This document shows, one piece after another, positions 55,601 through 64,000 of a stretch of 64,000 nt of DNA. The position numbers were made by a program, and so were the translations under genes. Position 1 is the first letter of the stretch, and the number at the start of each line of letters is the position of its first letter. The DNA comes from Eledone cirrhosa (taxonomy: Eukaryota): the NCBI GenBank assembly GCA_964016885.1, contig OZ024741.1:6386001-6450000 (forward strand), written 5' to 3'. The notes under the pieces were generated by a model. The model did no database searches, was not told the origin of the DNA, and saw only the letters and a list, made by a program, of their open reading frames with translations.

Positions 55601-58600
55601 GGTATTCTGTTCCTGACAGATGTAAAGGTATTCTGTACCTGACAGGTATAAAGGTATTCTGTACCTGACAGATGTAAAGGTACTCTGTACCTGACAGGTA
55701 TAAAGGTATTCTGTACCTGAGAGATATAAAGGTATTCTGTACCTGAGAGATATAAAGGTATTCTGTACCTGACAGGTATAAAGGTATTCTGTTCCTGACA
55801 GGTATAAAGGGATTCTGTACCTGACAGATGTAAAGGTATTCTGTACCTGACAGGTATAAAGGTATTCTGTACCTGACAGGTATAAAGGTATTCTGTACCT
55901 GACAGATGTAAAGGTATTCTGTACCTGACAGGTATAAATGTATTCTGTACCTGACAGATATAAAGGTATTCTGTACCTGACAGGTATAAAGGTATTCTGT
56001 ACCTGACAGGTATAAAGATATTCTGTACCTGACAGGTATAAATTATTCTGTACCTGACAGGTATAAAGGTATGCTGTACCTGACAGATGTAAAGGTATTC
56101 TGTACCTGACAGATGTAAAGGTATTCTGTACCTGACAGGTATAAAGGTATTCTGTACCGGACAGATGTAAAGGTATTCTGTACATGACAGATGTAAAGCT
56201 ATTCTGTTCCTGACAGATGTAAAGGTATTCTGTTCCTGACAGATGTAAAGGTATTCTGTACCTGACAGGTATAAAGGTATTCTGTACCTGACAGGTATAA
56301 AGGTATTCTGTACCTGACAGATGTAAAGGTATTCTGTACCGGACAGGTATAAATGTATTCTGTACCTGACAGATATAAAGGTATTCTGTACCTGACAGGT
56401 ATAAAGATATTCTGTACCTGACAGGTATAAAGGTATTCTGTTCCTGACAGATGTAAAGGTATTCTGTACCTGACAGGTATAAAGGTATTCTGTACCTGAC
56501 AAATGTAAAGGTATTCTGTTCCAGACAGGTATAAAGGTATGCTGTACCTGACAGATGTAAAGGTATTCTGTACCTGACAGATGTAAAGGTATTCTGTACC
56601 TGACAGATGTAAAGGTATTCTGTACCTGACAGATATAAAGGTATTCTGTACCTGACAAATGTAAAGGTATTCTGTACCTAACAGATATAAAGGTATTCTG
56701 TACCTGACAGGTATAAAGGTATTCCGTACCTGACAGGTGTAAAGGTATTCTGTACCTGACAGGTATTAAGATATTCTGTACCTGACAGGTATAAAGATAT
56801 TCTGTACCTGACAGGTATAAATTATTCTGTACCTGACAGGTATAAAGGTATGCTGTACCTGACAGATGTAAAGGTATTCTGTACCTGACAGATGTAAAGG
56901 TATTCTGTACCTGACAGGTATAAAGCTATTCTGTACCGGACAGATGTAAAGGTATTCTGTACATGACAGATGTAAAGCTATTCTGTTCCTGACAGATGTA
57001 AAGGTATTCTGTTCTTGACAGATGTAAAGGTATTCTGTACCTGCCAGGTATAAAGGTATTCTGTACCTGACAGATATAAAGGTATTCTGTTTCTGACAGG
57101 TGTAAAGGTATTCTGTACCTGACAGGTATAAAGGTATTCTGTACCTGACAGGTATAAAGGTATTCTGTACCTGACAGATGTAAAGGTATTCTGTACCTGA
57201 CAGGTATAAAGGTATTCTGTACCTGACAGATAAAAAGGTATTCTGTACCTGACAGATGCAAAGGTATTCTGTACCTGACAGGTATAAAGGTATTCTGTAC
57301 CTGACAGATGTAAAGGTATTCTGTAACTCACAGATGTAAAGGTATTCTGTTCCTGACAGATATAAAGGTATTCTGTTCCTGACAGATGTAAAGGTATTCT
57401 GTACCTGACAGATGTAAAGGTATTCTGTTCCCGACAGATGTAAAGGTATTCTGTACCTGACAGATGTAAAGGTATTCCGTACCTGACAGATATAAAGGTA
57501 TTCTGTACCTGACAGGTATAAAGGTATTCTGTACCTGACAGATGTAAAGGTATTGTGTACCTGACAGGTATAAAGGTATTCTGTACCTGACAGGTATAAA
57601 GGTATTCTGTTCCTGACAGATGTATAGGTATTCTGTACCTGACAGATGTAAAGGTATTCTGTACCTGACAGGTATAAAGGTATTCTGTACCTGACAGGTA
57701 TAAAGGTATTCTGTTCCTAACAGGTATAAAGGTATTCTGTACCTGACAGATGTAAAGGTATTCTGTACCTGACAGGTGTAAAGGTTTTCTGTACCTGACA
57801 GATGAAAAGGTATTCTGTACCTGACAGATATAAAGGTATTCTGTACCTGACAGGTATAAAGGTATTCTGTACCTGACAGATAAAAAGGTATTCTGTACCT
57901 GACAGGTATAAAGGTATTCTGTACCTGACAGATGTAAAGGTATTGTGTATCTGACAGATGTAAAGGTATTCTGTACCTGACAGATATAAAGGTATTCTGT
58001 ACCTGACAGGTATAAAGATATTCTGTACCTGACAGGTATAAAGGTATTCTGTTCCTGACAGATGTAAAGGTATTCTGTACCTGACAGGTATAAAGGTATT
58101 CTGTACCTGACAAATGTAAAGGTATTCTGTTCCAGACAGATGTAAAGGTATTCTGTACCTGACAGGTATAAAGGTATTCTGTTCCTGACAGGTATAAAGG
58201 GATTCTGTACCTGACAGGTATAAAGGTATGCTGTACCTGACAGGTATAAAGGTATGCTGTACCTGACAGATGTAAAGGTATTCTGTACCTGACAGATGTA
58301 AAGGTATTCTGTACCTGACAGGTATAAAGGTATTCTGTACCTGACAAATGTAAAGGTATTCTGTTCCAGACAGATGTAAAGGTATTCTGTACCTGACAGG
58401 TATAAAGGTATTCTGTTCCTGACAGGTATAAAGGTATGCTGTACCTGAGAGGTATAAAGATATTCTGTACCTGACAGGTATAAAGGTATGCTGTACCTGA
58501 CAGATGTAAAGGTATTCTGTACCTGACAGATGTAAAGGTATTCTGTACCTGACAGGTATAAAGGTATTCTGTACCTGACAGATAAAGTATTCTGTACCTG

Positions 58601-59500
58601 ACAGATGTAAAGGTATTCTGTACCTGACAGGTATAAAGGTATTCTGTTCCTGACAGGTATAAAGGGATTCTGTACCTGACAGGTATAAAGGTATGCTGTA
58701 CCTGACAGATGTAAAGGTATTCTGTACCTGACAGATGTAAAGGTATTTGTACCTGACAGATATAAAGGTATTCTGTACCTGACAGGTATAAAGGTATTCT
58801 GTACCTGACAGATGTAAAGGTATTCTGTTCCTGACAGATGTAAAGGTATTCTGTACCTGACAGATATAAAGGTATTCTGTACCTGGCAGGTATAAAGGTA
58901 TTCTGTTCAGGACAGGTATAAAGGTATTCTGTACCTGACCGATGTAAAGGTATTCTGTACCTGACAGGTATAAAGCTATTCTGTACCTAACAGGTATAAA
59001 GGTATGCTGTACCTGACAGATGTAAAGGTATTCTGTACCTGACAAATGTAAAGGTATTCTGTTCCTGACAGGTATAGAGGGATTCTGTACCTGACAGATG
59101 TAAAGGTATTCTGTACCTGACAAGTATAAAGGTATGCTGTACCTGACAGATGTAAAGATATTCTGTACCTGACAGATATAAAGGTATTCTGTACCTGACA
59201 GGTATAAAGATATTCTGTACCTGACAGGTATAAAGGTATTCTGTTCCTGACAGATGTAAAGGTATTCTGTACCTGACAGGTATAAAGGTATTCTGTACCT
59301 GACAGATGTAAAGGTACTCTGTACCTGACAGGTATAAAGGTATTCTGTACCTGAGAGATATAAAGGTATTCTGTACCTGAGAGATATAAAGGTATTCTGT
59401 ACCTGACAGGTATAAAGGTATTCTGTTCCTGACAGGTATAAAGGGATTCTGTACCTGACAGATGTAAAGGTATTCTGTACCTGACAGGTATAAAGGTATT
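52650..59500 (+). repeat. Higher-order duplication with ~3.9-kb offset (~52.65-55.2 kb repeated at ~56.5-59.1 kb); boundaries approximate
   Basis: Shared variants (gtaccggac, gatgcaaagg, gtaactcac, gttcccgac, gatgtatagg, gatgaaaagg). ORF offsets of 3946, 3920 and 3894 differ by whole 26-bp units. Confidence 0.85.
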
Positions 59501-62500
59501 CTGTACCTGACAGGTATAAAGGTATTCTGTACCTGACAGATGTAAAGGTATTCCGTACCTGACAGGTATAAAGGTATTCTGTTCCTGACAGATGTATAGG
59601 TATTCTGTACCTGACAGATGTAAAGGTATTCTGTACCTGACAGGTATAAAGGTATTCTGTACCTGACAGGTATAAAGGTATTCTGTTCCTAACAGGTATA
59701 AAGGTATTCTGTACCTGACAGATGTAAAGGTATTCTGTACCTGACAGATGTAAAGGTTTTCTGTACCTGACAGATGTAAAGGTATTCTGTACCTGACAGA
59801 TATAAAGGTATTCTGTACCTGACAGGTATAAAGGTATTCTGTACCTGACAGGTATAAAGGTATTCTGTTCCTGACAGATGTAAAGGTATTCTGTACCTGA
59901 CAGGTATAAAGGTATTCTGTACCTGACAGGTATAAAGGTATTCTGTACCTGACAGATAAAAAGGTATTCTGTACCTGACAGGTATAAATATATTCTGTAC
60001 CTGACAGGTATAAATGTATTCTGTACCTGACAGGTATAAAGGTATTCTGTACCTGACAGATAAAAAGGTATTCTGTACCTGACAGGTATAAAGGTATTCT
60101 GTACCTGACAGGTATAAAGGTATTCTGTAACTGACAGGTATAAAGGTATTCTGTACCTGACAGGTATAAAGGTATTCTGTACCTGAGAGCTTTAATGGTA
60201 TTCTGTACCTGACAGGTATAAAGGTATTCTGTACCTGACAGGTATAAAGGTATGCTGTACCTGACAGATGTAAAGATATTCTGTACCTGACAGATGTAAA
60301 GGTATTCTGTACCTGACAGATGTAAAGGTATTCTGTACCTGGCAGATGTAAACGTATTCTGTTCCTGACAGGTATAAAGGTATTCTGTACCTGACAGATG
60401 TAAAGGTATTCTGTACCTGACAGGTGTAAAGGTATTCTGTACCTGACAGGTATAAAGGTATTCTGTACCTGACAGATGTAAATGTACTCTGTACCTGACA
60501 GGCATAAAGGTATTCTGTACCTGACAGGTATAAAGGTATTCTGTACCTGACAGGTATAAAGGTATTCTGTAACTGACAGGTATAAAGGTATTCTGTACCT
60601 GACAGGTATAAAGGTATTCTGTACCTGAGAGCTTTAAAGGTATTCTGTACCTGACAGGTATAAAGGTATTCTGTACCTGACAGGTATAAAGGTATGCTGT
60701 ACCTGACAGATGTAAAGGTATTCTGTACCTGACAGATGTAAAGGTATTCTGTACCTGACAGATGTGAAGGTATTCTGTACCTGGCAGATGTAAAGGTATT
60801 CTGTTCCTGAAAGGTATAAAGGTATTCTGTACCTGACAGATGTAAAGGTATTCTGTACCTGACAGGTGTAAAGGTATTCTGTACCTGACAGGTATAAATG
60901 TATTCTGTACCTGACAGATGTAAATGTACTCTCTACCTGACAGGCATAAAGGTATTCTGTACCTGAGAGATATAAAGGTATTCTGTACCTGAGAGATATA
61001 AAAGTATTCTGTACCTGACAGATATAAAGGTATTCTGTACCTGAGATATATAAAGGTATTCTGTACCTGGCAGGTATAAAGGTATTCTGTTCCTGACAGG
61101 CATAAAGGTATTCTGTACCTGACAGATAAAAAGGTATTCTGTACCTGACAGATGTAAAGGTATTCTGTACCTGACAGGTATAAAGGTATTCTGTACCTGA
61201 CAGATGTAAAGGTATTCTGTAACTCACAGATGTAAAGGTATTCTGTTCCTGACATATATAAAGGTATTCTGTTCCTGACAGATGTAAAGGTATTTTGTAC
61301 ATGACAGATGTAAAGGTATTCTGTTCCCAACAGATGTAAAGGTATTCTGTACCTGACAGATGTAAAGGTATTCCGTACCTGACAGGTATAAAGGTATTCT
61401 GTACCTGACAGGTATAAAGGTATTCTGTACCTGACAGATGTAAAGGTATTCTGTAACTGACAGGTATAAAGGTATTCTGTACCTGACAGGTATAAAGGTA
61501 TTCTGTTCCTGACAGGTATAACGTTATTCTGTACCTGACAGATGTAAAGGTATTCTGTACCTGACAGATGTAAAGGTTTTCTGTACCTGACAGATGTAAA
61601 GGTATTCTGTACCTGACAGATATAAAGGTATTCTGTACCTGACCGGTATAAAGGAATTCTGTACCTGACAGGTATAAAGGTATTCTGTTCCTGACAGATG
61701 TAAAGGTATTCTGTACCTGACAGGTATAAAGGTATTCTGTACCTGACAGGTATAAAGGTATTCTGTACCTGACAGATAAAAAGGTATTCTGTACCTGACA
61801 GGTATAAAGGTATTCTGTACCTGACAGGTATAAATGTATTCTGTACCTGACAGGTATAAATGTATTCTGTACCTGACAGGTATAAAGGTATTCTGTACCT
61901 GAGAGATATAAAGGTATTCTGTACCTGACAGGTATAAAGGTATTCTGTACCTGACAGGTATAAAGGTATTCTGTACCTGACAGGTATAAAGGTATTCTGT
62001 ACCTGAGAGATATAAAGGTATTCTGTACCTGACAGGTATAAAGGTATTCTGTACCTGACAGGTATAAAGGTATTCTGTACCTGAGAGATATAAAGGTATT
62101 CTGTACCTGGCAGGTATAAAGGTATTCTGTTCCTTACAGGTATAAAGGTATGCTGTACCTGACAGATGTAAAGGTATTCTGTACCTGACAGATGTAAAGG
62201 TATTCTGTACCTGACAGATGTAAAGGTATTCTGTACCTGGCAGATGAAAAGGTATTCTGTTCCTGACAGGTATAAAGGTATACTGTACCTGACAGATGTA
62301 AAGGTATTCTGTACCTGACAGGTGTAAAGGTATTCTGAACCTGACAGGTATAACGGTATTCTGTACCTGACAGATGTAAAGGTACTCTGTACCTGACAGG
62401 TATAAAGGTATTCTGTACCTGAGAGATATAAAGGTATTCTGTACCTGAGAGATATAAAGGTATTCTGTACCTGACAGGTATAAAGGTCTTCTGTTCCTGA

Positions 62501-64000
62501 CAGGTATAAAGGGATTCTGTACCTGACAGATGTAAAGGTATTCTGTACCTGACAGGTATAAAGGTATTCTGTACCTGACAGGTATAAAGGTATTCTGTAC
62601 CTGACAGATGTAAAGGTATTCTGTACCTGACAGGTATAAATGTATTCTGTACCTGACAGATATAAAGGTATTCTGTACCTGACAGGTATAAAGATATTCT
62701 GTACCTGACAGGTATAAAGGTATTCTGTTCCTGACAGATGTAAAGGTATTCTGTACCTGACAGGTATAAAGGTATTCTGTACCTGACAGGTATAAAGATA
62801 TTCTGTACCTGACAGGTATAAATTATTCTGTACCTGACAGGTATAAAGGTATGCTGTACCTGACAGATGTAAAGGTATTCTGTACCTGACAGATGTAAAG
62901 GTATTCTGTACCTGACAGGTATAAAGCTATTCAGTACCGGACAGATGTAAAGGTATTCTGTACATGACAGATGTAAAGCTATTCTGTTCCTGACAGATAA
63001 AAAGGTATTCTGTTCCTGACAGATGTAAAGGTATTCTGTACCTGACAGGTATAAAGGTATTCTGTACCTGACAGATATAAAGGTATTCTGTTCCTGACAG
63101 GTGTAAAGGTATTCTGTACCTGACAGGTATAAAGGTATGCTGTACCTGACAGGTATAAAAGTATTCTGTACCTGACAGATGTAAAGGTATTCTGTACCTG
63201 ACAGGTATAAAGGTATTCTGTACCTGACAGATAAAAAGGTATTCTGTACCTGACAGATGTAAAGGTATTCTGTACCTGACAGGTATAAAGGTATTCTGTA
63301 CCTGACAGATGTAAAGGTATTCTGTAACTCACAGATGTAAAGGTATTCTGTTCCTGACAGATATAAAGGTATTCTGTTCCTGACAGATGTAAAGGTATTC
63401 TGTACCTGACAGATGTAAAGGTATTCTGTTCCCGACAGATGTAAAGGTATTCTGTACCTGACAGATGTAAAGGTATTCCGTACCTGACAGGTATAAAGGT
63501 ATTCTGTTCCTGACAGATGTATAGGTATTCTGTACCTGACAGATGTAAAGGTATTCTGTACCTGACAGGTATAAAGGTATTCTGTACCTGACAGGTATAA
63601 AGGTATTCTGTTCCTAACAGGTATAAAGGTATTCTGTACCTGACAGATGTAAAGGTATTCTGTACCTGACAGATGTAAAGGTTTTCTGTACCTGACAGAT
63701 GTAAAGGTATTCTGTACCTGACAGATATAAAGGTATTCTGTACCTGACAGGTATAAAGGTATTCTGTACCTGACAGGTATAAAGGTATTCTGTTCCTGAC
63801 AGATGTAAAGGTATTCTGTACCTGACAGGTATAAAGGTATTCTGTACCTGACAGGTATAAAGGTATTCTGTACCTGACAGATAAAAAGGTATTCTGTACC
63901 TGACAGGTATAAATATATTCTGTACCTGAGAGGTATAAATGTATTCTGTACCTGACAGGTATAAAGGTATTCTGTACCTGACAGATAAAAAGGTATTCTG

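Larger units (their letters stand above)
1..64000. repeat. 26-bp tandem satellite array, consensus RTRTAAAGGTATTCTGTACCTGACAG, ~2,450 copies, running off both window edges
   Basis: Units 1-26 (atgtaaaggtattctgtacctgacag) and 27-52 (gtataaaggtattctgtacctgacag) repeat head-to-tail to position 64000, with scattered substitutions and 1-3 bp indels. The 26-aa period in the ORF track equals 3 units (78 bp). Confidence 0.99.

Noticed and set aside
1173-63332. About 90 long ORFs, nearly all on the minus strand, encoding SGTEYLYTCQVQNTFIPVRYRIPLYL repeats
   Set aside because: They overlap in all three frames with the same peptide, and the DNA period (26) is not a multiple of 3. Starts and stops arise from sporadic unit variants, 1-bp indels are tolerated, and there is no unique N- or C-terminal domain. 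The ORFs switch strand exactly where the satellite inverts.
1-64000. CRISPR array (26-bp partly palindromic repeat)
   Set aside because: Units are head-to-tail with no unique spacers, and there is no leader or cas gene.
1-64000. Assignment as a centromere, a telomere-type long repeat or a named satellite family
   Set aside because: I do not recognise the monomer. The heterogeneity, kb-scale duplications and inversions do not suggest telomerase synthesis. Location and family need a Dfam/Repbase/BLAST search and chromatin data.
1-64000. A single regular higher-order repeat period
   Set aside because: Observed offsets vary (260, 442, 569, 683, 1878, 2316, 3202, ~3900, 4078 bp), which indicates irregular segmental duplication rather than a fixed HOR.

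Overview
The whole 64 kb window is one tandem satellite array of a 26-bp unit, consensus RTRTAAAGGTATTCTGTACCTGACAG. The main variants begin GTAT, ATGT or ATAT. The unit is about 38% GC and occurs in roughly 2,450 copies (64000/26). I see no unique sequence, protein-coding gene, RNA gene, mobile element or CRISPR array. The ORF track is an artefact: the reverse complement of the unit has no TAA/TAG/TGA, and 26 is not a multiple of 3, so every frame gives the same 26-aa pseudo-repeat (SGTEYLYTCQVQNTFIPVRYRIPLYL). The informative signal is in the array architecture. (1) The unit is quasi-palindromic. (2) One ~720-bp block (19039-19758) is in opposite orientation. (3) A 45-bp inverted insert recurs ten times (16.5-48.8 kb), and its alleles change in order along the array. 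(4) The left junction of the 720-bp block is the reverse complement of that insert's junction. (5) Multi-kb duplications and position-restricted variants record how the array expanded. The organism cannot be determined, although an array of this size is typical of eukaryotic satellite DNA. I found no support for a novel gene system. All coordinates and counts were read by eye.
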